From positions 1 to 63,930 of the forward strand of contig CALZIE010000001.1 in the NCBI GenBank assembly GCA_945787565.1: a DNA stretch of 63,930 nt. The letters run 5' to 3'. Shown in pieces: positions 9,092-20,755 of this stretch. The position numbers and the translations under genes were made by a program. Each line of letters opens with the position of its first letter. Positions within the stretch are counted from its first letter, which is position 1. Under the pieces are notes generated by a model. That model made no database searches. It saw nothing but the letters and a program-made list of their open reading frames with translations, and was not told the origin of the DNA. The DNA comes from an uncultured Lachnospiraceae bacterium. GTDB taxonomy: Bacteria > Bacillota > Clostridia > Lachnospirales > Lachnospiraceae.

Positions 9092-10648
9092 TTAATCGAC
9101 GTATTCTATCGGAACATTTTTTATTATTTTTGTTAAATCAGGAAAATCACTCAGTGACTCTCCTTCATTGACTAACTTTGTTTGTATCGCTACTTCTTTT
9201 CCAATCACCTTTGCAATGGCACTCTTAATGTCTTCCATATGATTATCTGCATCGATAACTCGTTTATCCACCTCATTATCAAATACAAGCATCAGCTGAT
9301 CATCGGATCCTGGCACAACTTTTGTTGTAATCAGTACTGTTCTTACAAGTGGTGGCATATTACTTAAAATATTTCTCCACTCTCCAGCTACCCTCTTTAA
9401 ATCTTCTGATACCGCTTTAGGAAGAACGAGCGGCTCACCTTTCGGTGCTTCTGACTCTTCATGCATGGATTCTTCTTTCGAAACAATGCTTACTCCATCC
9501 TTTAGCTGTCTTTCAATTACCTTGATTCGGTCAATTAAAGAATCATATGTGGTTTCCATTGCTGGCTTACACAATTTAATCAGTGCTACTTCAACCATAA
9601 CACGCTTTTGAGTTGCATATTTAATCTGATTAGATAGCTCAGAAAAGATGCGAATATATCGTATCAGCATCTCTGTATCTACTGATGCTGCTTCCTGCTT
9701 TAACAGCTGTAACTGATCCGATGACACTTCTAATATATCCTCAATATCATCAGATGTCTTTGCTAATAGCAGGTTTCTTAAGTACCAGGTAAAATCCACG
9801 GTAAACTGTGTCAGTTCCCTTCCGTATGAAATAAGTTCTTCTAAAAGACCTACACATTCAGAAACAGAACCTTTTCTTATATATCGTAATAATCTTGCAA
9901 ACACTTCGATGTCTACTGTTCCTAATACATCTAGTACATTATCATAAGTCAGCTTCTGGCCTAAATAAAAGGCAATACACTGATCTAAAAGGCTAAGTGC
10001 ATCACGCATAGAACCGTCTGCAGCTCTCGCTACATACTTTAATGCCTTTTCTTCCGTCTCAATTCCTTCTTTTGTAGTCAGTTCTTCTAACCTTGCAGCA
10101 ATTCTCTCAATGGAGATTCGCTTAAAGTCATATCTCTGACAACGTGAGAGGATGGTAATCGGAATTTTATGAACTTCTGTGGTAGCAAGAATGAAAATTA
10201 CATAAGATGGAGGTTCTTCTAATGTCTTTAACAGGGCATTGAACGCTCCTGCTGATAACATATGAACTTCATCGATAATGTATACCTTGTATTTTCCCTC
10301 CGTCGGAGAATACCGTACTTCTTCTACGATTTCTCTGATATTATCTACACCGTTATTGGACGCAGCATCGATTTCAATTACATTCATGGATGTCTGCGCT
10401 TTGATTGCCTTGCACATGGCACATTCGTTACATGGGTTTCCATCCACCGGATGCTCGCAGTTTACTGCTCTCGCCAGTATCTTAGCAATTGTTGTTTTAC
10501 CAGTTCCACGTGTTCCGCAAAAGAGATAAGCATGTCCAATTCTCTCGGCTTTTATTTGGTTTTTTAACGTTGTAACAATATGATCCTGTCCTTTTACATC
10601 TTCAAAGGAGTCAGGTCTGAACTTTCTATAAAGCGCTGTATACGACAT
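9092..10648 (-). CDS. dnaX: DNA polymerase III subunit gamma/tau
   Basis: ALYRKFRP, GTRGTGKT, DEVHML and SRC motifs. Confidence 0.97.
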   Translation of the reverse strand: MSYTALYRKFRPDSFEDVKGQDHIVTTLKNQIKAERIGHAYLFCGTRGTGKTTIAKILARAVNCEHPVDGNPCNECAMCKAIKAQTSMNVIEIDAASNNGVDNIREIVEEVRYSPTEGKYKVYIIDEVHMLSAGAFNALLKTLEEPPSYVIFILATTEVHKIPITILSRCQRYDFKRISIERIAARLEELTTKEGIETEEKALKYVARAADGSMRDALSLLDQCIAFYLGQKLTYDNVLDVLGTVDIEVFARLLRYIRKGSVSECVGLLEELISYGRELTQFTVDFTWYLRNLLLAKTSDDIEDILEVSSDQLQLLKQEAASVDTEMLIRYIRIFSELSNQIKYATQKRVMVEVALIKLCKPAMETTYDSLIDRIKVIERQLKDGVSIVSKEESMHEESEAPKGEPLVLPKAVSEDLKRVAGEWRNILSNMPPLVRTVLITTKVVPGSDDQLMLVFDNEVDKRVIDADNHMEDIKSAIAKVIGKEVAIQTKLVNEGESLSDFPDLTKIIKNVPIEYVD

Positions 10649-10762
10649 GTGGTTAACCGTACCTTTCTAAGCGTCACTCTGAACCGTTTTTGTTCTCCCC
10701 CTTTTTCACTAAGAAAGCGAACAGCTATATTATAACAGTTTCTTATAATAAAAGCAACGAAA

Positions 10763-11815
10763 CTACTCAAATACCTTCTGGAAATGTTGATAATCCTTCG
10801 AGTCTTCCCAATTACCACCCCATGTAAATCCTCGTTTTATAAATGCATTGTAACATACATCTCCTTTTATTACATAATAAGGATTATCTTGGGACCTATC
10901 TGCGTATTCTGTCCCATTTTCAGGTAAAATTACTTCTTCTCCATCGATCGTACGCACATATGGGTTATATAAAGGATTAATGTCAATTGCCAGTCCATAT
11001 GCATGATTTGATAGTTTAGAAGTACCATCTACCACTCGATAGTTAAAGCAAGACGTATTATTAGCAGCCATAGACAGATTATCATCTGCATCATAATTAT
11101 CTACTAAAACCATACGTTCAATTGGGTATCTTGCATCAAATAACTCTTTAAAAATATCGATGATATCATCTGCAATCAGCTGATTCACTACCAACTCCCC
11201 AATATAGATTTCCCCATCAAATCCAAAATGAAGCACCCTCACATAACGAAGACTCTCAAGGGATGTAGTACATTCCTCGCCAAAAGACTTATTCTCCATT
11301 CTCATATACACCGATGGCTGAATCTCTTCTGCGTAGAAACAGGCAGCAAGAGTTGCTGCATTTGCTTCATATACGAGTACCTTACTTTCTGCAGGCATCG
11401 CTTTAATATTCTCAACCACAATATCATCTACCATTTCTGATGCATCTGGTTCTAAAAGGCTCCCTAAATTACTTAAAGCCTGATCTTTCGTACTCTCTTT
11501 TACTTGTTCTGACGCTGTCATCTCTGACTCTTCCTCTTTATCTTCTTCAGGCTCACTTTCTTCTTGCTGTTCTTTATTATACGCTTCTGTCCTAGAATCA
11601 TTCGAAGAGAATGTATTCAAGGAATCATCCTCTGAAGCTTGTTCTTTGTCGTTCGTTATCAGGGCCTGATTATCTGTTGTATGTACATCCGTAACAACAA
11701 AACTGGATGATTCACTCTCTTCTACTTTATTATTCTTTGATTTACACGCAGTCAATGAAAGCAAACTGCAAATAGCAAGTAGCATAAGTCTTATCCTTAA
11801 CTTAACCCGTTTCAT
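10763..11815 (-). CDS. M15-family metallopeptidase lipoprotein (D-Ala-D-Ala carboxypeptidase-like)
   Basis: Lipobox LTAC, SNHAYGLAIDIN (SxHxxGxAxD), WGGNW...DYQHFQ. Confidence 0.85.
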   Translation of the reverse strand: MKRVKLRIRLMLLAICSLLSLTACKSKNNKVEESESSSFVVTDVHTTDNQALITNDKEQASEDDSLNTFSSNDSRTEAYNKEQQEESEPEEDKEEESEMTASEQVKESTKDQALSNLGSLLEPDASEMVDDIVVENIKAMPAESKVLVYEANAATLAACFYAEEIQPSVYMRMENKSFGEECTTSLESLRYVRVLHFGFDGEIYIGELVVNQLIADDIIDIFKELFDARYPIERMVLVDNYDADDNLSMAANNTSCFNYRVVDGTSKLSNHAYGLAIDINPLYNPYVRTIDGEEVILPENGTEYADRSQDNPYYVIKGDVCYNAFIKRGFTWGGNWEDSKDYQHFQKVFE

Positions 11816-11859
11816 TTACATTTCCTTTCTTGTACGATATAGTATTTTATCGTCTCCTG

Positions 11860-12129
11860 CTAATCTTCTTCAATTACTTCAATTTCCAAATAATCAAATT
11901 CTATTGTATCAATAAAATTATCCTTTGTAAATCTTGTCTTGTCATGCCTTTTAAAATCAGCTACGGTTACATCTAACCAAATTGGCTTTGACAAATCAAA
12001 TGCATAACAGATCTCATCAATAGCAGAAAACACCTTTTTGGTTCTTGTCATATCCTGATTTGCATTTTCCACAACCATATCACTTATCATCCGGTTTTCT
12101 TTAAATATCTTGGCCCAGAGTCTAAACAT
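11860..12129 (-). CDS. small conserved hypothetical protein
   Basis: Has an RBS, is tightly packed in the operon, and has protein-like composition. Confidence 0.75.
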   Translation of the reverse strand: MFRLWAKIFKENRMISDMVVENANQDMTRTKKVFSAIDEICYAFDLSKPIWLDVTVADFKRHDKTRFTKDNFIDTIEFDYLEIEVIEED

Positions 12130-12144
12130 CTTCTTCTCCTATCC

Positions 12145-13149
12145 CTATATCAGCTTATGAAATGCAAAAATCTGATCAAAAGCTCTTAATGCCTTGAAAT
12201 TTCCCTTTGCTGAAATCTCTCCTGACATAAAGGCTCCCTGGAATGTGGTTCTTCCGTCCACAATTTTATCCATATTCTCTTTTGTCAGTTTTGCAATAAC
12301 CTCAGCATCCATCTTTTCGCCATAATAGCACTCTAATTTTCCTTCTATTATGTCTACAATCAGTGTCTTTTTTAAATCTGTGATCTGAAGTGCATAGCTT
12401 ACTGTAATTCCTGGTTCTTGTGGTGCGAACTTTTCTTTAAAGTTCTTCACATACTCCTCTTTCTTTCCTTCTTCGGAACCTTTCATAAGTCCCTTGAAAA
12501 GCTGTGCTAATTCTTCAATATCTTCTTTCTGCTTTTTTACATACGTATCATCCGATACGTAAACCGACAGCTGCTCACTTTCTTGCGGTGTAAGTTCAAT
12601 TTTTGCCGTATTTGGCATCATACGGGTGAATAAATAACTACTGCTTGGAAGAGGCTTTGTCTTCTTCTGTATCACTCGATACAAATCCTCTGCCTTTTTC
12701 TCAATAACTGCTGCATAATCTGGATTGGTCTCAAATTCCGTCTGATTTTCTGCATAAGCACAGATTCCATCTACTACTGTTCCATTTAGGAATTCCCAGG
12801 ATTTAATTAATGTTAGCTCTGCGTCTTTTTCTCCATATGTATTGGAGATTACGACTGGCATCATATAGGATTTTTTCATTCGCTCTTTATCTGCATATAA
12901 ATAGCAGGCATCCAAAAACTGCTGCATATATCCGCCAATTCCAATCCACTCCACATTAACAGCCAATATAATGGCGTCTGCCTCTTTCATTGTATTGGGC
13001 ATTGTTGCAATACTATTCTTCTGCTCATACAGATTATATCGTTCCACCTCGACACGCAGTTCTTCTAATACCTCTGTCATCTTATTCATCACATAGATTG
13101 TGGAATCTTCAATCAGGCCTCTTCCGCCATAATAAATATTGACTTTCAT
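12145..13149 (-). CDS. flavodoxin-like / SCP2 sterol-binding-domain fusion protein
   Basis: N-terminal flavodoxin-fold pattern. C-terminal AFMSGEISAKGN is the SCP2 signature. Confidence 0.72.
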   Translation of the reverse strand: MKVNIYYGGRGLIEDSTIYVMNKMTEVLEELRVEVERYNLYEQKNSIATMPNTMKEADAIILAVNVEWIGIGGYMQQFLDACYLYADKERMKKSYMMPVVISNTYGEKDAELTLIKSWEFLNGTVVDGICAYAENQTEFETNPDYAAVIEKKAEDLYRVIQKKTKPLPSSSYLFTRMMPNTAKIELTPQESEQLSVYVSDDTYVKKQKEDIEELAQLFKGLMKGSEEGKKEEYVKNFKEKFAPQEPGITVSYALQITDLKKTLIVDIIEGKLECYYGEKMDAEVIAKLTKENMDKIVDGRTTFQGAFMSGEISAKGNFKALRAFDQIFAFHKLI

Positions 13150-13157
13150 CTTATTTC

Positions 13158-14195
13158 CTACCTCATTCTTACTGGTCTTTTATACACAATGGCTGTCAGA
13201 ATACATCCGGCAAGCAGGCCGCCTACATGAGCGACATTATCCACTCCCTGGCTTGTAAAACCACCGTATAAACTTAGCACGACAAATAATACAATCTGTC
13301 TGCTGCTGATATCTTTCAAGCGTCCCCTATTTATAATAACGATATATGCAATGGCTCCCACAATCCCAAATATCGCACCAGATGCACCAATACTTCTGGT
13401 TATAAGCACTCTTTCCATATTATATCGCATAGAGCATACCCCGGCAATGATTCCTGCACCAAAATACAAAATAAGATACTTCGTTTTTCCAACGATTTTC
13501 TCTACTTTATCTCCAATAAAAAATAAAACCATCATATTATTGATTAGATGGTCAATCCCTCCATGTAAAAACATACAGGTTATCAGTCTGTAATATTGAT
13601 GCTCATACGTAACCATCGGCCAGTATAAAGCGCCTTTATCTAACATAACATCGGTCAGATTAAATAAATCCATAATCAGAAAAACAAGAATATTCACTCC
13701 AACAAGGCATGCATTAACAATACTGACGGAATATCGACTATCTGACACTCCTTGGCGCCGGAAATTAGAATTATTTTTCTCGCCTTCTCTCTTCTGGTTC
13801 ATGTATCCTTCTTTGCATAATTCCTCAAATGGCTGACGAAGACCGCAGAAATCACTAGATGAATGCTCATATAATAAAAGAGCTGATTGTGCTTCATCCA
13901 AAATCCATATATTCTGCTCTCCACATACCTTTTTTGCAATTTCAGGATATCTAGTTGAGGCAACCGTCAGCAGAAAGATATCAGAAAGCTCTCTTTTTTG
14001 AAAGCTCTCCTTAATCTGTCCTAACATATGTTCATATTGTTCTTTTGTAAACTCGTTTCCCTCATGAATTGAAAGAAGTACCACTACATAGGCATTTTCT
14101 TTAAAGATCTGATAATAAACCTGAATCTGAGGGACATTTACTTCCACTTTCCGAAACGCTCTTTGTTCTAATATAAGTGTCGCTTTCTGGTTCAT
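13158..14195 (-). CDS. rhomboid-family intramembrane serine protease with N-terminal soluble domain
   Basis: YRLITCMFLH, HLINN, GASG and AHVGG motifs. Confidence 0.92.
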   Translation of the reverse strand: MNQKATLILEQRAFRKVEVNVPQIQVYYQIFKENAYVVVLLSIHEGNEFTKEQYEHMLGQIKESFQKRELSDIFLLTVASTRYPEIAKKVCGEQNIWILDEAQSALLLYEHSSSDFCGLRQPFEELCKEGYMNQKREGEKNNSNFRRQGVSDSRYSVSIVNACLVGVNILVFLIMDLFNLTDVMLDKGALYWPMVTYEHQYYRLITCMFLHGGIDHLINNMMVLFFIGDKVEKIVGKTKYLILYFGAGIIAGVCSMRYNMERVLITRSIGASGAIFGIVGAIAYIVIINRGRLKDISSRQIVLFVVLSLYGGFTSQGVDNVAHVGGLLAGCILTAIVYKRPVRMR

Positions 14196-14227
14196 ATCCG
14201 TTCCTTTCTAAGAATTTCTATCTTTGC

Positions 14228-15745
<1,518 letters not shown>

Positions 15746-15943
15746 CTAAACATGAAAGCATCTCTTTCCTTGGCGCCATATCCTATGAACGCTTCTTCAT
15801 GCATTGCCTTTTGTGCTTTCTTAGACACTCATTATACTATTATGTGCCTTATTTTACAACTCATGCCGCCACACCGGCTTTTTAGAACAAAAAAAGCCAC
15901 GAAAAAAGATCTCTTTTGATCCTTCTTGCCTGACTTTCTCTTC

Positions 15944-16693
15944 CTATCCCACATAAAACTCTTTCATATCTTCAAGCCGCAGACACCCTAACCTGCCTTC
16001 TTCACGTCCACTTGCTAAATAACTGCATCCACAGTCAATATTCGTTACATTATTCCCATGCCAACAAGTCATAGGAAGCGTATCCTGATACCATATGGTT
16101 GGAGTGTGCCCAAAGATAACATAAGGATGGTTTTTAAAATCTTCTTCGGCCTCCATTCTCTTCCACAAAATGATACTTTCTAAATTACCCACTTCTTCAA
16201 TCGAAAGCTCGCAGAGGCTATTAAATGTAACAACAGGGTCTGTAATTGCATCTGCAATACCCTCTATATCAGGATAAGCATGCACCAGATAAAACTTTTT
16301 TCCCTCTACATCGATTGTCAGAAAAAGAGGACACGCTTCTAAATAAGCAATCATCTTAGCCTGTTCTTTATAAGACAGTGTCTCAAAATACTGACGAGCG
16401 GTAACTTTACCGCCATTCTTTTCCCACCGGTACATTGCATTATCATATACTGCTCCCGAAAAATTCTCCAGTGTAATAACTTCTAACATCATAACCTCAT
16501 GATTTCCAAGCAGTAAGGTTACATTGTCCCGGCTCATAATGTCCTGTAGTATCTGAATTCCAGAAGGTCCCCGGTCAATCACATCTCCTAGTATATACAG
16601 TGTATCTTCCTCTTTCAGATCGATTTTCTCAAGCATCCTAAGGTATGCTTCATACATTCCATGAATATCACTCATTACGTATGTATATCCCAT
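15944..16693 (-). CDS. PPP-family Ser/Thr protein phosphatase-like metallophosphoesterase
   Basis: SDIHG, GDVIDRG, GNHE, HA, GHTP and IDCG motifs. Confidence 0.88.
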   Translation of the reverse strand: MGYTYVMSDIHGMYEAYLRMLEKIDLKEEDTLYILGDVIDRGPSGIQILQDIMSRDNVTLLLGNHEVMMLEVITLENFSGAVYDNAMYRWEKNGGKVTARQYFETLSYKEQAKMIAYLEACPLFLTIDVEGKKFYLVHAYPDIEGIADAITDPVVTFNSLCELSIEEVGNLESIILWKRMEAEEDFKNHPYVIFGHTPTIWYQDTLPMTCWHGNNVTNIDCGCSYLASGREEGRLGCLRLEDMKEFYVG

Positions 16694-16878
16694 CACTCTA
16701 CCTCATTTCCTTTTGCTTCCTGCTTCTACTATAAAATCAAGTATTATCTTCTAGTTTAAAGATCACGTGAGGCTAGAACTAAAACTTATGTACTTTCTAA
16801 TCTAGGCTTTTTTGCTTCTCTTTTCACTTTATAAGGAGGCATCCATCAGAAATCAGAGCCTAGCATTTCTTTTTTCTA

Positions 16879-18777
16879 TTATATAACAGCGTTTTCCGAA
16901 GGACAAGTGAATATATAGTGAATATTGGAAAAAGAAACATCATCACCATCTGCTAAAATCTCTGGCTCTTCGGGTACTAACTGTCTTCCATTTACAAATG
17001 TGCCATTTGTGGAATTTAAATCAATTAATACTACATTCTCATTCCGCTTTTCAATCTTTGCATGAAAACGGCTTATGGTCTCTTCCGCTAGATTATAATC
17101 CATAAAACTTTTATGCTTTCCAATAAAATAGGGAAAATTCTTTAATACCATCTCATCGTATTTTCCTTTTTCTCTGGGCACAAGACGAATATGATGTAAA
17201 TCCTCCTCTTTTGCTAAAAGCTTTGTCTTCTCATAATGTTCCGGCTGCTCTGCTAAAACGAATACATTTTTATTCGAATGATTCCCTTCTTTATTACTCT
17301 GCCTATTTTCTAGTTCTTCTTCCTCTTTATATGCTATCTGACTCTCCTGTTGTTCATACGCCGTTCTTTTCTCATATTCAATTTTTTTCTCCTGCTTTTC
17401 CTCCTCTTTTGACTTTGCCTTCATTTCTTCAAGCATTGCCTGTTTTCTCATTCGAGGAGACAAGATGCCGTCTCTTCCATTCCAAACATCCGGTTTTATC
17501 CTTGCTTCTTTAATGTCTGGATCTACATAAGTAACCCTCTTTGCCATCTTCGTCGATCGATTTTCTTTCTGAAATAACTTAAGATAGCCAGCTGTTACCG
17601 CACTTCCTACCACTAGCACTGTACCGAAAACTTTCTTAATATCAAGTTTCGTACCAAACGCATTATTAAGCACATTTAGCTTGATCAATAAAAATACTAT
17701 CAGTATCCCGGCAATCGTAATACCTGCCGCCATCAGATAATATTTGACTTCAAAATATGAGACTTCTTCCTCGTCATCTAACCTCTCTGTCACAAATGGT
17801 TTTTCAATCATCCTTACTGGCCTTGTTCTATCCCTTTCATCCTTTGGCTCTGCTATAATCTGTCGTTTCCAATTCCACTGGTTTGTTGTTTCCTTTTCTT
17901 GTACCCATGCCTGTTTTGGCATCCTAAAAGCATTTTTTTCTTCTCCCCGTTCTTGACTTGGCTCGTCCATTTCATTTCTTTCACTTATTCCTTTTCCTTC
18001 ACTTCTTTTTGCTCTTTCATCTCTTTTTGCTCTTTCACTTCTTTTCTTTTCATTATCGCTTTCATTATTTTCTGAAACGCCTTCTTCTTTTTCTCTTATC
18101 CTTCTAAACTCTAGACCTTCTAATTCCTCCTGCTTTCTCTGTTCTTTTAGAGGTGCTTCTAACTCTTCTTCCTCATTCTCCTCAAAAAAAGAATCCGTCT
18201 CCTCTCTTAATGCTTCTTTTTTCATTCGTTTTTCCTGACCCTCTATAATTTGAAACAGTGACTCTAACGTTGCTTCTTTTTCTCCACTTTTCATATACAG
18301 GGAATAAATTAAAAGAACTGCATCCTTATCTTCATATGCTACCTTATCCATCATACTTTCTAATAATCCATGAAGCTGTTCCATAATTTCTTTTCCATAA
18401 CCAGGATAAAAGCAAAGTTTCACTTCTTCTTTTTCTAAATCAAGATAGATTTCCTCCATAGAAAGCATGAAGTCTTTTTCTTCTAACAGATATTCCTCAC
18501 TATTGCGGATTGCCTGACTGATTCCATATAAAATCTTTTTAATCTGTACATAAGAAAGCTGCTTTTTTTCTAAAATTAGTGCTATGCTTTGTGCTCCTGT
18601 AATATCATAATAATATTCCATCCTGTTATCTAAAAATCTGATTTTAACCGGTAAAAATCCTCTTATGCTGTTATTCCGTATCATTTCATCCTGATACGTC
18701 ATCTTACGGCCTTCTTCTGCGCATACTACTAAATAATTATGATATCTGTCCTTTCTAAACTCTGTTCGAAGCATCAT
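16879..18777 (-). CDS. DUF6382-like (pseudokinase-like) / 2TM / FHA domain protein
   Basis: N-terminal YYYDITG...LCFYPG. Two TMs. C-terminal IGK, ISRFHA, DLNSTNGT FHA motifs. Start after GAGGAG (18777 or 18774). Confidence 0.8.
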   Translation of the reverse strand: MMLRTEFRKDRYHNYLVVCAEEGRKMTYQDEMIRNNSIRGFLPVKIRFLDNRMEYYYDITGAQSIALILEKKQLSYVQIKKILYGISQAIRNSEEYLLEEKDFMLSMEEIYLDLEKEEVKLCFYPGYGKEIMEQLHGLLESMMDKVAYEDKDAVLLIYSLYMKSGEKEATLESLFQIIEGQEKRMKKEALREETDSFFEENEEEELEAPLKEQRKQEELEGLEFRRIREKEEGVSENNESDNEKKRSERAKRDERAKRSEGKGISERNEMDEPSQERGEEKNAFRMPKQAWVQEKETTNQWNWKRQIIAEPKDERDRTRPVRMIEKPFVTERLDDEEEVSYFEVKYYLMAAGITIAGILIVFLLIKLNVLNNAFGTKLDIKKVFGTVLVVGSAVTAGYLKLFQKENRSTKMAKRVTYVDPDIKEARIKPDVWNGRDGILSPRMRKQAMLEEMKAKSKEEEKQEKKIEYEKRTAYEQQESQIAYKEEEELENRQSNKEGNHSNKNVFVLAEQPEHYEKTKLLAKEEDLHHIRLVPREKGKYDEMVLKNFPYFIGKHKSFMDYNLAEETISRFHAKIEKRNENVVLIDLNSTNGTFVNGRQLVPEEPEILADGDDVSFSNIHYIFTCPSENAVI

Positions 18778-18815
18778 CCACACTCCTCTTCTATTTTTTC
18801 TCCCTTTATCCACAA

Positions 18816-19409
18816 TTATCTGATTTTATTCACAATATCTTTTACTTTCTCTATTGCTTCGCTTACTCCTTTGATCTGCTCTCCGGTCTCGGATACCACG
18901 GTAAGCACCCGTGCTATCTCTTCCCTCTTAAAATAACTTTTTTTCATCGAGATTGTTCGGTTTACCTCTCTCCATCCAAAAAGAGAGGCAATCCAAGGAA
19001 TTGGGATATCAAAATGGGCTGTGACCGTGATTTCCACATTGCTTATTCCAATTTCCACTTTTGTGCTTGTAACAGAAGTAATAAAAAAACCGTCTTCTAG
19101 CTTTTTCTTACAGTAATTAGTTAAAATACTCTTTTTTGTTCCTTTCTGTATTCCAGCAAAATAAAGAATACTCTGATTCACGGCATTATTATAATTGATT
19201 TCTCCATTCTCCGGGTTCACTTCATATGCAATATAATTCACAGCCTCTTCTGTAAGGTTATGAAGCGTGAGATTAAGCCTGACTGAGTCATGCAGATAAA
19301 AGCAAAAAAAGATCATCGCTGCAACCACAAGAAGTACAATCGGTACCAGAATACTTGCCTCTACTGTGATGCTTCCATCAAGATGTGCCCCTTTCTTTCT
19401 TCTCCTCAA
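18816..19409 (-). CDS. TadE-family pseudopilin
   Basis: G|SITVEASILVP class III signal. Likely TTG start after GGAGGG. Confidence 0.8.
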   Translation of the reverse strand: MRRRKKGAHLDGSITVEASILVPIVLLVVAAMIFFCFYLHDSVRLNLTLHNLTEEAVNYIAYEVNPENGEINYNNAVNQSILYFAGIQKGTKKSILTNYCKKKLEDGFFITSVTSTKVEIGISNVEITVTAHFDIPIPWIASLFGWREVNRTISMKKSYFKREEIARVLTVVSETGEQIKGVSEAIEKVKDIVNKIR

Positions 19410-19413
19410 TCTG

Positions 19414-19845
19414 TCACCCTCCGATCCATTGACAAAGTACAAATCCTGCAAATAAAAATGGAACAAGTGGCATCTTTCGTTTCTTATCCATCTTTTTTAT
19501 ACATAATAAGATGATTCCTGCTAATGCTGATAAAAAGAAACCATACATTACAACTTCCATAAAAGAGAGAATACCAAGATATCCACCTATAATCATAAGC
19601 AGGATTCCATCTCCCATGCCAATCTGCCCTCTAGTGACACGGCTTAAGAATATAAAGATTCCTCCCGCCGCTATTCCTGCTGCTCGCATCCATAGACTAA
19701 TTTCTGGATTTACTCCGAAATCTGCTACAGCTACAACTGCCATCATAATGAAAAAAAGGATGTGGATCCGTTTTCTTATCAAATCTTCTGTCGCACATAT
19801 AAGAAAAAACACCCCAAAAATAATTCTTACTAATTGAATGCTCAC
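19414..19845 (-). CDS. A24 prepilin peptidase (TadV/CpaA-like)
   Basis: EDLIRKRI and IGMGDG catalytic Asp motifs, plus PLVPFL. Confidence 0.88.
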   Translation of the reverse strand: MSIQLVRIIFGVFFLICATEDLIRKRIHILFFIMMAVVAVADFGVNPEISLWMRAAGIAAGGIFIFLSRVTRGQIGMGDGILLMIIGGYLGILSFMEVVMYGFFLSALAGIILLCIKKMDKKRKMPLVPFLFAGFVLCQWIGG

Positions 19846-19866
19846 TTGACTCCCCCTATCTCATTT

Positions 19867-20742
19867 TTATTTTCCGCATTTGGAACACGGTCTCATTCCC
19901 TGCACTTCAGAAAGCCTCTTTTCTATTACTGTTCTCTCGATCTGAGAACATCCAGAACGTGCATGATAGCTTGTTCCATACGCCGTAATGTACACAAGCG
20001 AGTTAAGACCTAGCTTTTCTCTAGCGCAACAGTTTTCGCAAGGATAATATTTTGCTCCATTCTTATTCCTTCTGCTTCCTATTTGGCCATATAAAACACT
20101 TGTCACATCACGTTTGATATAAGTGCAGCTACTGCTTAAATGATATACGGTACCGTTTTTCGTGATATATACAATAGGATCCTCTTCTTCTCCATCTTCC
20201 CCTTCCTCGCCTTCTTGCTTTGTGAGCCTGGATGCTACATAGTGTCCAGTGAAGTTCCGTACGCTTACTCTTTGTATCACTGGAAAACTCAACTTATTAA
20301 TTCCCACTAATGGGATATGTACTCGGTACGACATGACAATGGTGACACAGTCATCTGTATCACTTAAAGAAGATCCTAAAAAACTGATTCCGGTTACTCC
20401 ACCTTTGATACAGCTGTCTGCAAGAGATAAATGATCGATTTTTGCAGATACCATCATCCGCAGGATTACCGTATCTAATATCTTATCCATAAACTCATCG
20501 ATTACAACCTCACTAAAGTCTATTTCCTCATCCTGTATATCTTCCGCCAAAAAGTCTTCTATCACACCTCCATAGGAAGAAACTACTTCACAGGTGTGAG
20601 ATGCCGCATAATGAAGATCCTCCTGAAGTTGCAGAATACAAAAAAAATACAGAAAAGTATAAACCGCAAAAATAAATATCGGAAGTACTAGCGCTGCCTC
20701 AATGGTAATCGATGCTGACATCTGTCGTTTTCTATCCTTCAT
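19867..20742 (-). CDS. TadE-family pseudopilin with two C-terminal Cys/His metal-binding repeats
   Basis: A|SITIEAALVLP signal. Two VYIT-x2-G-x2-YH-x4-C...PCxxC units. Confidence 0.8.
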   Translation of the reverse strand: MKDRKRQMSASITIEAALVLPIFIFAVYTFLYFFCILQLQEDLHYAASHTCEVVSSYGGVIEDFLAEDIQDEEIDFSEVVIDEFMDKILDTVILRMMVSAKIDHLSLADSCIKGGVTGISFLGSSLSDTDDCVTIVMSYRVHIPLVGINKLSFPVIQRVSVRNFTGHYVASRLTKQEGEEGEDGEEEDPIVYITKNGTVYHLSSSCTYIKRDVTSVLYGQIGSRRNKNGAKYYPCENCCAREKLGLNSLVYITAYGTSYHARSGCSQIERTVIEKRLSEVQGMRPCSKCGK

Positions 20743-20755
20743 ATCCGCCCTTTCC

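Noticed and set aside
9092-10648. dnaX programmed -1 frameshift
   Set aside because: I found no A AAA AAG slippery site with a downstream stem.
10649-10762. SRP RNA (often upstream of dnaX)
   Set aside because: There is no CAGG...GGAA...AGCAG core, and the gap is only ~114 bp.
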